Positions 36,301 through 48,238 of a DNA stretch of 64,000 nt are shown in pieces. Below the pieces are notes generated by a model that saw only the letters and a program-made list of their open reading frames with translations, ran no database searches and was not told the origin of the DNA. Source of the stretch: Gekko japonicus (lineage: Eukaryota); contig NW_015177041.1 in the NCBI RefSeq assembly GCF_001447785.1, positions 289,426-353,425 on the forward strand, given 5' to 3'. Numbering within the stretch: the first letter of the stretch is position 1; every line of letters starts with the position of its first letter. The translations under genes were made by a program, and so were the position numbers.

Positions 36301-39300
36301 GCTTAGGAGACGGCTGGGCAATCCGCGGTGAAGGAAACGCACTTGGCGTATGCTCGGGAGGCCCTCTGTTATTCCTCCCGGCTGAACGCCTGAGCTGGGC
36401 CTCCCCAGGCAGATCCCCGGAACACCTGCCCTTTGCTCCATGGCCTCTCGTCTCCCTTTGGCTGAGCTGTGGGGCATCAAGAGCCCCCCTCCTTCCCACA
36501 CAACACTCACCAAACTGGAAGTTGGTATAGTTGGGGCAGACGTGGTAGCAGGCGCTCAGGAGCCCCTCCATCATGAGAGCCGTGCCCATGGCGTAGAAGA
36601 GGCCAAAGTGCTTCGGGATTCCACACTCCTAGGAGGGGAGAGGAGGGGAGGGGAGAGGAGAGGAGAGAGCCGTAACCGTAACCGCGGAGAAGACAGACCA
36701 ACTGCCTCAAAGTTCCCACCCACACCCCACGGTGGCCCAAGCCAAAAGGGGAAGGGAGGAGTGGATGACAAGGACGCCCCCCCCCTCACCAGTGCCTGCA
36801 TGTCGTTGCGCATCAGGGCCCGGTTGTAGCTGATCTCTCGCTGCAGGATGATGAGGAGGAAGAGCAGCCCCAGCAGGATGTAGCCCAGATTGCTGAGGAT
36901 GTTGTTGAAGGCGCTGGGGACACAGGACGGGGGACACAGTGGGCCTTGGGGGGCTGCTCAAGCCCCTCCCCTCCCTCCCTCCCACCCCCGCTGTGATGCC
37001 CAAGGGCGGGGGTGGCCGGACCGGCGTGACCCTCCCTCCCTACCTGAGGTTGCCCAGCGGGTGGGCACACAGGAAGTTGTAGTAGCAGATGTCCTGGTTC
37101 CCGGTGACGTTCACCACCTGCAAAGCAGAAGAGGGCTCTCCTTGGGCCTTGACTGGAGGGGGGGGGGTTTCCTGAGCTGCCCGGGGCCAGCCTTAGGGAG
37201 GGCCCAAAGTCCCACCTCCGCTCCCACACGGCAGGGAAAGGCCAGGAGAGGCGCCACTCACCGTCTGGTACGTGATCACAAGCTGGATGACGGGCAGAGC
37301 GTAGAACACGGCGATGGTGGCGATGTTCCTGCCGGAGGGACAGAACCGAGGGTCACCTGGGTGGCCCTTGCCCCCTCCCCCTGCCTGGACGGCGCACCCT
37401 GTGTCTCCAGGCCTCGGCCAGGGGCGATGGAAAGGGAGAAGGGCCCCCCGGCCCCGCCAGCCCACCCAAACCTCGCTCACCAAAAGTAAATCTGGTATTT
37501 CTTCCGCAGCACCCGCTTGTCTTTCCGCGCCAGGTCCGCCACATACAAGTATTGCTGCATCGAGGGCGGGAGAAGGGGCACGGATTACAGGGCGCAGAGC
37601 CCTGGGAGCCAGCCGCCCCCCCATCTCCCAGCCCCCAAAGCAGGATTGGGCACGACCAGAGGTCAGGCCCCACAACCCACTCTTTGGTGTGCCCCAGGTA
37701 GAGAGCCCCATAGCAAGAGGGCCCTACGGAGCAAATCACTTGTGGGGCCGGGGGGGCTCAGGCATGCCACAGAGGCCGCAAGCTGTTCTTTCCTGGAGTC
37801 TGCCCCCCTCCAGGCCACACATTTCCATCTGCCCCCTCAGCATCCCCCCACGGTCTTTCTTTTTCCAAATGATCCCTGCCAATCCACTGATGGGAGCGTG
37901 TCTAGGAGTGCTGCCCAAGCTTGGAGCCTTTTCGGCTCCCCCCACGGTGATGCACGCACGCAGCACCTCCGTGGCTTGGCCCGGCTGATGGGCGCAGGAG
38001 GAGAGGGGGCCGCCTCCTCACGGACTCGCTCACCTTGGTGCGGACGACGTTCTTGTCCGAGTCGATGTCGGCCAAGGTGTCATACTCGTCCTCCTCCACA
38101 GAGCTGAGGGAGTCGAGCCGTGGACGCCCCGCGAGGTTCTCCAGGGAGCGGTCTGCGGGGGGGGGGGGCAGCGTGACCACAGAGACCCCTTTGCTCTCCC
38201 TTCCTCCAGTGAGACCTGCCCGGCAGTGCCCATTTCAAGGGCCGTCGGTGCCCTCAAGCCTTTGGGAGCCCCTGACAGCCCCTGGGGGGTAAAGCCCGCT
38301 GCTGGCCAGCCAGCTCCCACATCCCACCCACTCAGCGATGCCGCTGACCAACCGCCCCCCCTCCCCTATTTTATGCCGGGCCCAGAGCTCAGTCCCGGAA
38401 GCTGGTTTCCCAGGCAGACCCCTGGCTCACCGAGGGAGCAATGATTCTTCCCCCCTCCTGTAATTACACCCTGAGACCGGAGCCTCCCTCTCCTTCCAGA
38501 GAGCAGCCATTACACCGCTCTGGAAGGCGAGCAGTCAGTCATCTCATGCGGGGGGGAGAGGGGTAGCACCATGCAAAATTACACCTCCCCTCCGGCAAGC
38601 TTTCTGAGGAGGGGTCCCTCTCGACTTTGCTTCCAAAGGGAACCCAGTGAACTGACAAGGCTGGAGCCCAGCCCCCCACCGCTGTGCGGGAGCAGGGGAG
38701 CCCTGCCTCCCCATCACCCCAGCCCCCTCCCCAAGTGGACGCAGCCCCTCAGAAAGCAGCCACCAGGGCCAGATTGAGTGGTGGGGAGGGGAGGGGGCAT
38801 CCCATTTCTGGCCTGCCAGCCATGGAGGATCACTGCCGAGGCCCTGTTCATCAACCCCCCCCCCCCCCGCCCCAAAAGCCAAGGCAGGACCCCCCCCCGG
38901 CCACAAAGGCCAGGCAAGGCCACTCCCCACCCCTCCCCTGCAAGCCGGGGGGCCACATCAGTTCCCATGTTTGGGGCCAGGAATGGGATGCCCAGGGGCA
39001 GTGATTGGCCGTCTCTCTCTCTCTGTGCCACTATCTACCCATAGCAATGGCCAAGTGTCGCTGGCGGTGCTGGCACGGCTCCTGCCCTTGAAAGAAAAGC
39101 AAACAGTTAACACCCGAGTGGCCGTCAGAGCCAGCGCCTGTTCTCTGGACCAGGCCATGGAGTTCCACCTCTGCCCCTCGGGAACTTCCTCCAAAGCCAG
39201 TTCTGCCAACCAAAGGCATCTCAGTCTGCTTGCTGGGGTCTTAGCCCCCAGGCACCAGCTAGCCCTGGGCAGGGCCTCACCTGTGTAGCCATAGGATGCT

Positions 39301-42300
39301 TCCGTGGAGACCAGACTGTCAGAGACATTCTCCGTGCTGACTGTGGAACCGTTGTCTGGAGAAGCAATTGGGAGCTCAGAGGCGGAAGCAAACAAGCAAA
39401 GCCAGAGCAAAGACCAGGGCAAGAAGGCCCCCCCCCCCCTGTGCCCTTCCAAAGCGAAGCGGAGGAGCGGCTGTACGCCAAGGAAGGAGAACGCCGGTCC
39501 AGCCTGGCTCAGCGGGGCTGTGTCCAGTGCACAGACATGGCCAGGGGGCTCCGTGGAAGGCAACACACCGCCCGGGAGGGACTCACCAAAGGAACCGTAG
39601 CCGTAGGCATTGTACGGTGGGTGTCCCAAGAAGGGGTCTGGGGTGACACCGGCATGCCCTGCAACCAACCAGCAGAAAACCGTCAGCCAACTGGGACCGC
39701 AGGGAAGGGGACCGGGGGGGAGGGGGCAGGGGGTGAGCAGTGGCCCCTGGACAGGGCACCTGGGTCTCACTCAGCCAGGCCCTCAGTCTTTGGGGTAGGA
39801 AGCTGGGGGAGCTCTAGGATTTGCCCAAGAAACCCCGAAAGAACTGAAGAGGCAGCCCCTAGAAAGAAAGGAGGGTTGCTGCTTACCAAGAAGAGGAGCT
39901 GAATGGGGGGCAGAAGCAGAGAGAGAGAGAGAAAGAGAGTGTTACTGGCACGGGCCTGAACTCAGCTGCTAAGATGGAGCGCACCAACTGCTCCTCAGGC
40001 ACTTCCTGGTGCCTGCCAGAGAGACAGAGCCAAACACACACACACACCCCCAGCACCCCTGAGCCGCACCGGACCAGCAGGCAAAAGCGACTCCCAGGCT
40101 GCCTAGGCACGGCCAAGAACCTCTGCGCTGCGTTCACAGCCGCTGCAAATGCAGGGACAGGCACACTGGCCGTGGCCCCTCTGCACAGGCGGGTGCACCC
40201 TGTCCTCCATCGGCAGCCGTTTCCCCGGCAGCCTCTCTCACCACGGGACAACTTTTTGAAAGCGTATCTTAAAAAAGTGAATTGAATGGCATTATAGTAA
40301 TTGGCAACTTTTTAAGTCCTCAGAAACATATCCGGTGGCGTGACGGGGGAGGTGGCGGCCCTGATGAGCTGACCAGGGGTGGTGGTGGTGGGGGGAGAAT
40401 GGTGCAGACACAGGTGGGATCTCTGAAAATGTGCCTGTCCAGACAATGTGGAGATTTCCTTGGGCTGCGCTCTTTTTTGAGGTCACAGCAAAGAGCAGGT
40501 GGAGGAAAGCACAGACTGAGGCCCAGGAAGGGACGGCTGGCCCATGACGCTTGGTGTGGCTACTCCGAAGAAACAAACAGATAAATAAAAATACTGCCGT
40601 CGGGATGCCAAAGTGGAGAAGGGCCTGCGCGCGGAAGCAGCCCAAGACAGCGAGCGGGCATGCCAGCCAGCGCAACTCCCCCTTCCTCAGAGAGGCATGA
40701 CGGGAACAGGCTCCCAGAGGCAGAGCTGGGACCCCATCGACAGGGGCACACACGACAGAGCACCGGGGCCCCTGCGGAATGTGAGCACCCCCCAGTTCCT
40801 TTGCACCTCTTTGAGCAGCTTGACAAGGGTGTGGGAAAGGACAACCCAGTGCACACCACACGCTTGAACTTCCAAACGTTTTTGACAAGCTCCCTCAGCT
40901 AAGAATTCTGAGTAAGCTTAGCAGTCATGGGTTAGGAGAACCAGCCACAGAGAAGTATGGATGACAAATTGGTTAAATGACAGAGAACTGGAATAATGGA
41001 AGGAACGGACAGTCCTCACGACAGACGGAAGTGAGCAACGGGACCCCGCAAGGATCGGAAATGGGAGCAGGGCTTCTTGTTGTATTCAGACATGATTTGG
41101 AGTGGGCAGTGTGAAGTGTCATAGCCAAGTTTGCAAATAGTACCAAACAATGCTCCTCTAAGCTGTGGAGTCTTGTGAGCAAAAATTCCACTTTGTGAGC
41201 TACTGGCATTAAAGTTGTGAGCAAGCGATTTGGCTATTGCATAAATTAGTGTGCTCTGGAGCCACATCCTTCCTGAGCCAAGGCAAAAATGTGTGAGCCA
41301 GAGGCTAAAAAACTGTGAGCTAGCTCACACTAACTCAGCTTAGAGGGAACACTGGTACCAAATTGTTCAGGATGGTGAAAACCAGGATGGTGAGCAGGCA
41401 CCCATGTGACAAACAAAATTCAATGCTGGCACGCATAAGATGATACACACAAAAAGTCCTAACTTTCAGTACGGGATGATGGGTTATGAATGGGCTGAGA
41501 CCAAGATGGAAAGATCCGGGGGTTGCAGTGGATAACCCAATGAAAACCTCAACCCAGGGTGCAACCATGGTCCAAGACACAGACTTCATGACAGGGATAA
41601 TTTGGAAAGAAATTAAAAATAAAGCAGCCAATATTTTGTAATGCCCTGTACAAATCCGTAGCATAACCTAATTTGGAACACTGTGTATGGTTTAGGTGAC
41701 CGGATCTCATAAAACACACATTGAAGAGCTGAAAAAAGCACAGAAGAGGGCAACCAAGATGATTAAGGCTGAGGGGGAAACATGATGGGAGGTATCTAAA
41801 ATTATTCACAGGGTAGAGAGAGTGAACTTTTTCTTTTTCTCCCCAAATACAAGAACCTGAGGGCATCCAACGCAGCTGACGGGCAGTAGGTTCAGGGTGG
41901 ACAAAAGGAAATCCGTCTTTACTCAGTGAGAGATTAAAAAGCGGGATTCTCTTCCAGAGAACGCAGTGGTGGCCACAGGCAGGCATCAGTGCCCTTAAAC
42001 GGAGTTTACAGATTCAAGAGGAGCAGATCCACCACTGCTGCACTAGACCGGTGGGCCACTGGTCTGATCCAGTGGGGCTCTTACGGTTCCTCCCAGGCAA
42101 ACATCATGCTTCCTGCCCTCAGTGACGCCTGGAGACCAAGACGAAATCCTGTTGGTTGAGCAAACGGCTCCAGAGCCAGCGGGGGGGCCCTGGAGTGAGC
42201 TTTTGCATCCGGGCACCCCAATGCGCCTCTCTTCACCTGGCCCCACCCACCCTGCCTGTCCTCCCCCACCCTCTCTCTCTCTCTGGGATCGTCTCAGGCC

Positions 42301-45300
42301 CTGCGGAAGAGAAGCTGGGCGTGGCCTCAAGCAGGGAAGCTGAGCCAAGAGCCCACGGCCGCTGAGTTCCGCTGGGCCAGCCACCAGAAAGCTGCCCACG
42401 CCCACTCATCAGGCCTTCCAGCCTCCCCCCACAGCCGCATACCGGTGTCGGTCCCGGGTGTCTCCATGGCGGCTAGAAGCCCCACCGTCCTCTTCCTCTG
42501 CTGGCTGCAAAAGAATGACCAGACTTGGGCCAGCGGTCTTTGGCTGACCAAGAGACCAGGGGCTGGCAGGGGTGGGACAACCCCACACCTCCTCTGAGAA
42601 GCGGCCAATTTGGCTGTTCGTGGCGGCCTCAGCCCCCGACGACAAGCCCCTCGCCGGGCGGGGTCCTGGAGGCACAACGGGAGAGGGGCCATCGGACCAC
42701 ACGCCTCCGCCCCCCCCTTGATCAAGCCAGGCAGCCCCGGATGAGCCCGGAGCACAAGGAAGGACTGCAGGGACGGTCCCTCCGGCAAGCCCAGGCAGCT
42801 TGGGGGCCGCCAGCCACGGCAAGGCGGAGAGGTCAAGTGCGGTACGCACACCGCCCAGAACCTGCGTCCCCACAAGGAGGTCTGTGGGGGGCGGGCTCCT
42901 TCCCCATCCTGGTGGCAAAAGCAAAGCCGGGACGAGGGTGGGGGCCCCCGTGGCACCAGGGCAGGACTCACCTCCAGGTCCCCCAGCAGGCGATGAGCAG
43001 CGTCACCACGTAGAAGGAGAGGAAGATGCCCAGGCAGAAGAGCGTCCCACTCACGTAGGCCTGCACTGCAGGGAGGGAGGAAGAGAGAGAGGAGGGGAGG
43101 CCTGTGGAGGAGGGGCAGTCAGAGCAGGCATGTGATGCACTGTGTGGGGGGGGGGGCTAAACGGACTGAAAGAGGAAGAACCCTTGCAAAGTGCCCTCAG
43201 GCAACCGCTGTGCAGCACCAAGCACATGACCGGCGGCTGAAGGAGAGGTGAGGATGAGGCTCTGCAGGAGGCCCTGTTCCCCACAGGAAGCTCCACCCGA
43301 CCCAGAGATACTTACAGGCGACGGCTGGGGACACCACCACGTTCAGGGCTTTCTGCCGGCTGCCTTGATCGACAGGCTCATCTGGAAGGAGCAAAGGGGG
43401 CAGGGGTTGGCCACACGCAGCCCACTCCCCTCTTAGCAGTGCAAAAGCCCGGCAGGCAGTCTCTGAGGCAGTCTCCCCGGAAGTCCCCTGGCAGGCAGGA
43501 GCAGGACGGAGGCACCAGGCAAGAGCAGAGCTGCTGCTGGGACTTCCACTTGGGGCTCCCGGTACCCCAATCCTGCCCAACCTTTGTCCTGCAGGACAGC
43601 GGCTCCTCTCCAGAGCATCGTTGCCATCCCCGTTTCTACTGACTCTCTAACATATACCATTTCTCATCCTCTGGCTTCCTCTTGTAGTCCAATGGTTTCG
43701 AGCAGCCCACGCTGACAGACCAGATAAATCAAACTCAACTAAATATCTGCCTTCCAATTCCATGTCTAATAACAATCCACAAAAACTTTAACTACTGCCA
43801 GAGTAATTTTAACATCTGTTCCAGCCAATAATTTAGCAATCCTTTGTGAAGAAGGTACACTGCCGTATTATGTATAAAGCAGGAGAGCCAGTGCTGTCTG
43901 ATTGAAATAAAAAGGCCGCATTCAAATAAACAATGTTCTTGTGCACCCGTCTTTCCTGGTGTGCCGTTGCAAGGCCTATCTGCAAAGGGAACCCTCCCGT
44001 GGCAGCCGATCACTTCTTCCAGAGGGACAGCATTCAGTTGAGCTTTAGTGTACTTCCTGACACGCTCGTGTCAGGTAATGGTCCTGAGCTCCATTTGAGG
44101 GCACAGCACAGTGCACCGGATGCAGTGGGACCAAACGAAAACAACCTGAGACACGACCTGGTGCAGAACCACCCCCACCCCGACACTCACACGCCACTCA
44201 CCTTTGGAAAAGGGGTAGTAAGGCAGCGCCCCCCCACAAGCTTCGTCTTCTGTCTTCACCACCACCACCACGTAGAAACTGTGGCTCGGGAAATCCTTCT
44301 TCTGAAAGGAAACGGCGGGCAGGCTCTCACCAGGGGATCTTTCCAGCTCCAGGAAGGAACCAGCAGAGACCCCACGGGGCGGATGGGTGCTGCCAGGCCC
44401 TGGCTACCTGCTCCTGAGCCAGAGCCAGCCTCGCCAAGGGCACTGCCAGGTTCACTGGGCACAGCTGATACCATCCAGGTCCCTGCTAATTGATGCCACT
44501 CAACACTGGAGACAGCGGGGAATTCTGAGCAGTCCATTGGCAGGGCTCAGACTACAGCTCGCCAAGCGCAAAGAAAGCAGGATGTACCTGGACGGTGATG
44601 GCAGCCTTCTTGGTCATGGTCTGGTACATGCCGATGAAGGCCACATTGTTGTCCAGGTCATAGACGGGGCACTACACATAGGAAGAGGAGGAGGAGGGGC
44701 AAAGGGAGAGTCAAGCCACTGGCTGCAAGAGACGGGGAGCAGGTCAAGGGACTCCATCGCTCCCCTGCCTGGCAGCCCACTCCACGCACCAGGATGTCTT
44801 GGATGGACATGACTGAGCAAGGGAAGGCCGTGGCCGAGGTCACCTTCACGATCACCGAGTCCACCTCCTCCGGAAACTCATACTTGAAATACTGTCCAGG
44901 AAGAGACACGACAATAAGCAAGTTGCTTTCCCAAAGCCTACCCCCCCCCACACAAAGACCCCCGGCTGGAAGCAGAGCTCCCTCCTCTCCTGTAGCCTGC
45001 AGAAAAGCACGATCGGTTCAGGCTCTGCTTCTGCAGCCCCACGGAGCAGGATCCCAGTCCGCACGTGCCCAGGCAGGCACACAGAGGACGAGGGAGAAGC
45101 GGCAAGAGGCGTGCTGGCAGAAGAGCACTCGGGTCACACACACACACCCTCCAGTCTCAGGTCTCTTCCCAATTGGACAGAGAGTCCAGGAGGTCCAGCG
45201 GCAGAAACCAGGTCCTCTGGCACCCCCTCCCCTCCCGTCCACAGCCCTGCCAAACCCTTCATGGAGCATTCTGGCAGAGAAGGCACTTGTGACAGGTACC

Positions 45301-46904
45301 TGTGGCTGGGCGGCAGTGGCATTGAAGTCCAAGTGTTGGTTCGTCCTGCCAGGGAGGAGGAGGAAAAAGAGGAAAAGGGTGATGCCGGGGCAGTATTGCC
45401 GGAGATCTCATGAACCATAGAGGGGCTCACTTGGGAGCCAGCTAGGAAGCCAGACACCCTGAGCTGAGTGGGCAGAATGTGGCCACTCAGAAGTGGTGAA
45501 AACACTCTGCACATGTTCCCAGATGCTCTTCGTGAGAGGGCTTGCTGTGCTTGGGCACAGAGCAGCTTCCAAGCCGGCTCTTCCCACCGCTGTTGGCCCC
45601 CTCCCCTAGCCAGTCACTCCCAGTGCATTTTTTCCCACCCTTCCTCCGATGAACCGTATGGATGTGGTTTGCTCCTCCTTCATTTTGGCCCTGCAACACT
45701 CCATGAGGTTCACGGCTTGAGCAGAGGTTTGAACCCAATACAAGAACTCGTGGGCACTCCATGAAATTGCTGAGCGGTCGGGTTAGAACGGATAAAAGGA
45801 AGTCCTTCTTCGCCCAAAGAGCGATGAAGACGTGGAATTCATTGCCACAGGAAGTGGTGGTGGCTACAAGCATGGCTGGCTTCAAAAGGGAATTGGATAA
45901 AAGTATGGAGCGGAGGTCCATCGGTGACTATTAGCCACAAGGTATCTGGAACAAGTGATGCTCTGTCTTCTTGGTGCTGGGGGGGGGGGCCAAAAGGGGT
46001 CCCACTGCTGGACCTCCTGATGGCCCCTGGTATTTTCGGCCACTGTGTGATATAGAGTGTTGGACTGGATGATGGGCCTTTGGCCTGATCCAACATTGGC
46101 GTCTGTTATGTTCTTATGAACCCAGGCCTTCCAGGCTGTAGTGGCTGTGCAGTGCGACCCTGGTTCCACCCCCTCCCTCCCGCCCTGCTCCTGCAAAAGG
46201 CACTGTTGCCTCCACATCCCCCTCCCCCCCCCGCTTGGGCATGGCTTCCAGCCCGTGGCAGCGGCCACACCAAGTGCCGAGCTCCTCCGCCTCTGCCCAC
46301 CTGAGCACAAAGTTCTCCACGCGGGTGACCTGGAGCTGGTAGGAGACGTTGGTGGGGGATAGCGTGGAGACGTCCACGTAGAAGAACTGCAGCTCAGACT
46401 CGTTCTTGGTCTGAGGTTGGCACAGGGTGCGGCCGACATCCTGGTACAGGTACTTCCTCTGGAACCTGCGGCCGAGGGAAGCGGGAGTGGGCTGGCACAC
46501 AGGCAGCCGGGCACCTGCCGGGCCACCAGAGACCCGCACCCCGGTCCCCTGTCACAAGGCCCTCCCTGCAGAAGCAGGGGCTGGGACAAGGGCCCCGGGC
46601 CCATTCGCCCCCCCCCCCNNNNNNNNNNNNNNNNNNNNNNNNNNNNNNNNNNNNNNNNNNNNNNNNNNNNNNNNNNNNNNNNNNNNNNNNNNNNNNNNNN
46701 NNNNNNGGGAGAGCCGGCTGGCCCTGGGAGCGAGAGGAGGAGGGAGGAGGGAGGAGGGAGGGGGGGGAGGCCGCCCACTCACAGGCCGCGGAGGATGAGG
46801 GGCACCTGGAAGGACACCACGGCCTCCTTCTGCCGCACCACGAAGAGCACCGGCGTCTCCTTCTGCGCCGACGGGACGTTCACGGACACCCGGACCCCCT
46901 CCGT
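30367..46904 (-). CDS. SIDT2: SID1 transmembrane family member 2, 5'-partial (exon 1 not visible)
   Basis: Exons: 46904-46783, 46465-46301, 45345-45300, 44891-44790, 44671-44588, 44301-44202, 43381-43316, 43065-42972, 42504-42443, 39658-39587, 39355-39281, 38152-38034, 37554-37481, 37328-37262, 37117-37044, 36913-36790, 36628-36511, 36158-36022, 35601-35493, 35219-35143, 33425-33379, 32985-32880, 32482-32372, 31859-31746, 30429-30367 (2328 nt in frame). Hallmarks [77 protein letters not shown]. The donor after 31746 is non-canonical as assembled. Confidence 0.97.
30466..30890 (-). mobile_element. Two head-to-tail CR1 3' ends (same young family as 13208)
   Basis: AAGAACATAAGAGACGCCAATGTTGGATCAGGCCAAAGG... 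occurs at ~30474 and ~30731. Confidence 0.9.
31177..31361. mobile_element. hAT-type MITE, family A
   Basis: TIRs; perfect 8-bp TSD GTCCCACT at 31169-31176 and 31362-31369. Confidence 0.9.
31971..32125 (+). mobile_element. tRNA-derived SINE (Squam2-like)
   Basis: GGGGCTGTGGCTCAG A box, GGTCCCAGGTTCAATCCC B box, AAAGACCTCAGCCTGAGACC body. Confidence 0.65.
32495..32738 (-). mobile_element. Squam3-type SINE
   Basis: Reverse complement of the 28388 element (GGGGAATCAAACCCGGCTCTCCCAGATTAGAGTCC). Confidence 0.88.
33434..33692 (-). mobile_element. Squam3-type SINE (long variant)
   Basis: Same head and tail; carries the extra central segment also present at 47700 and 63043. Confidence 0.88.
34286..35017 (-). 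mobile_element. Internally deleted L1-derived non-autonomous retroelement
   Basis: 13-bp TSD ATGTGGGGCTTTT (34273-34285 / 35018-35030); CpG-rich 5' end GGGACTATGGCG; L1 ORF1-like piece ([14 protein letters not shown]...MDVVYRANS...NNLPGEI); AT-rich 3' UTR; AATAAA at 34327-34322; A-rich tail. Confidence 0.8.
35843..35877. repeat. (CA)n microsatellite
   Basis: Directly visible, with one interruption. Confidence 0.9.
39039..39086 (-). CDS. SIDT2: SIDT2 48-nt alternative cassette exon ([16 protein letters not shown])
   Basis: TTTTCTTTCAAG acceptor, GTAGAT donor, phase 1-1, no stops; resembles the recalled mammalian long-isoform insert GQE...IAM. Confidence 0.75.
39887..39898 (-). CDS. SIDT2: SIDT2 12-nt microexon (adds APLL)
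   Basis: Long (CT)n tract, then TGCTTCTGCCCCCCATTCAG|CTCCTCTTCTTG|GTAAGC; phase 1-1, frame-preserving. Confidence 0.8.
40900..42085 (+). mobile_element. Old CR1 LINE fragment (RT region to 3' end) interrupted by a MITE
   Basis: Degenerate [19 protein letters not shown] (FADDTKLF motif), [16 protein letters not shown]; ends ...GGGCCACTGGTCTGATCCAG..GGCTCTTA. Confidence 0.8.
41148..41354. mobile_element. hAT-type MITE, family A
   Basis: Perfect 8-bp TSD GTACCAAA at 41140-41147 and 41355-41362. Confidence 0.9.
45736..46117 (+). mobile_element. CR1 3' fragment (young family, opposite orientation to 13208/30466)
   Basis: [22 protein letters not shown]...[14 protein letters not shown] plus 3' UTR ending TTATGTTCTTATG. 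Confidence 0.9.
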
Positions 46905-47700
46905 CTGCAAGGCAACCCGGGCGGCGGCAGGAGGGAGCCCTCAGGAGGGGCCGCGCGGGAGGGAGGGAGGGAGGGAGGGACGCGCCAGGCGACCCCCAAC
47001 CCCACCCCACCCGGCCCGGAGAGGGCGCCCCACGGCGGCAGGGCTNNNNNNNNNNNNNNNNNNNNNNNNNNNNNNNNNNNNNNNNNNNNNNNNNNNNNNN
47101 NNNNNNNNNNNNNNNNNNNNNNNNNNNNNNNNNNNNNNNNNNNNNNNNNNNNNNNNNNNNNNNNNNNNNNNNNNNNNNNNNNNNNNNNNNNNNNNNNNNN
47201 NNNNNNNNNNNNNNNNNNNNNNNNNNNNNNNNNNNNNNNNNNNNNNNNNNNNNNNNNNNNNNNNNNNNNNNNNNNNNNNNNNNNNNNNNNNNNNNNNNNN
47301 NNNNNNNNNNNNNNNNNNNNNNNNNNNNNNNNNNNNNNNNNNNNNNNNNNNNNNNNNNNNNNNNNNNNNNNNNNNNNNNNNNNNNNNNNNNNNNNNNNNN
47401 NNNNNNNNNNNNNNNNNNNNNNNNNNNNNNNNNNNNNNNNNNNNNNNNNNNNNNNNNNNNNNNNNNNNNAACCCGGGCCCCCGCCCTCCCCGCCCCGCGC
47501 CGGGCGTCTAGCTGGCTTGGGGCTGGCGCTGCTGCTGCTGCAGGGACTTGCCGAGCCCCGGCGGCGGCCCTTCCCGAGGCCAGAGCAGGTGGGTGGCGGC
47601 CCCGGCCCGCGCCAGGACTCCCTCGCTCGCCCGGGGGACGGAGGGAGGCGGCTGCCTGTTCCCTGCGCCGCAGCTCGGGGCTTCCTCGCTCATCCACCTG
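46700..47700 (-). promoter_or_regulatory. CpG island / probable SIDT2 promoter and exon 1 (partly in N-gap 47046-47469)
   Basis: Very high CpG density on both sides of the gap, immediately upstream of SIDT2 exon 2. Confidence 0.6.
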
Positions 47701-47998
47701 CCAGTCTGGTGCAGTGGCGAAGTGCGCAGAGGACTCTCATCCGGGAGAACCGGCTTTCATTCCCCCACGCCTCCTCCTCCTCCGCTTGCACCTGGGGCCG
47801 GATGGCCTTGGGCAAGCCGTAGTTCTGATAAGAGCCGTCCTTGAGAAAGAGCAGCCCTCTCTCAGCCCCACCCCCCACCTCACAGGGGGTGTCTGTTGTG
47901 GGGAGGGGGTGGGGGAGGAAAAGGAGTTTGCAAGCCGCTCTGAGACTCCTTTGGGTAGCGAAGGGCCACGGGGCATCAATCCAATCTCTTCTTCTTCT
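47700..47998 (+). mobile_element. Squam3-type SINE
   Basis: GCCAGTCTGGTGCAGTGG head to AATCCAATCTCTTCTTCTTCT tail. Confidence 0.88.
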
Positions 47999-48031
47999 GA
48001 CCTCCCCTCCGCGGATGGACCGGGCCCAGAC

Positions 48032-48238
48032 CAACGCTCCCTCTAAGCTGCAGAGTCTTGTGAGCAAAAATTCTACTTTGCGCGTTCCTGGCCTTAAAGT
48101 TGTGAGCGAGCGATTTGGCTCCTGCATCAATTCGTTTGCTCTGGAGCCATCCTTCCGGAGCTAAGACAAAAAATCTGTGAGCTGGAGGCTAAAAAACTGC
48201 GAGCTAGCTCACACTAACTCAGCTTAGAGGGAACACTG
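48032..48238. mobile_element. hAT-type MITE, family A
   Basis: TIRs; TSD GCCCAGAC / GCCCCGAC (7/8). Confidence 0.88.

Noticed and set aside
43040-43060. Perfect GTGAGT inside SIDT2 exon 9
   Set aside because: It encodes the conserved YVSG peptide; nothing suggests it is used as a donor.
47508-47600. Signal-peptide-like LGLALLLLQGLA as SIDT2 exon 1
   Set aside because: Wrong strand, no ATG, and no similarity to the SIDT2 N-terminus; exon 1 more likely lies in the 47046-47469 gap.
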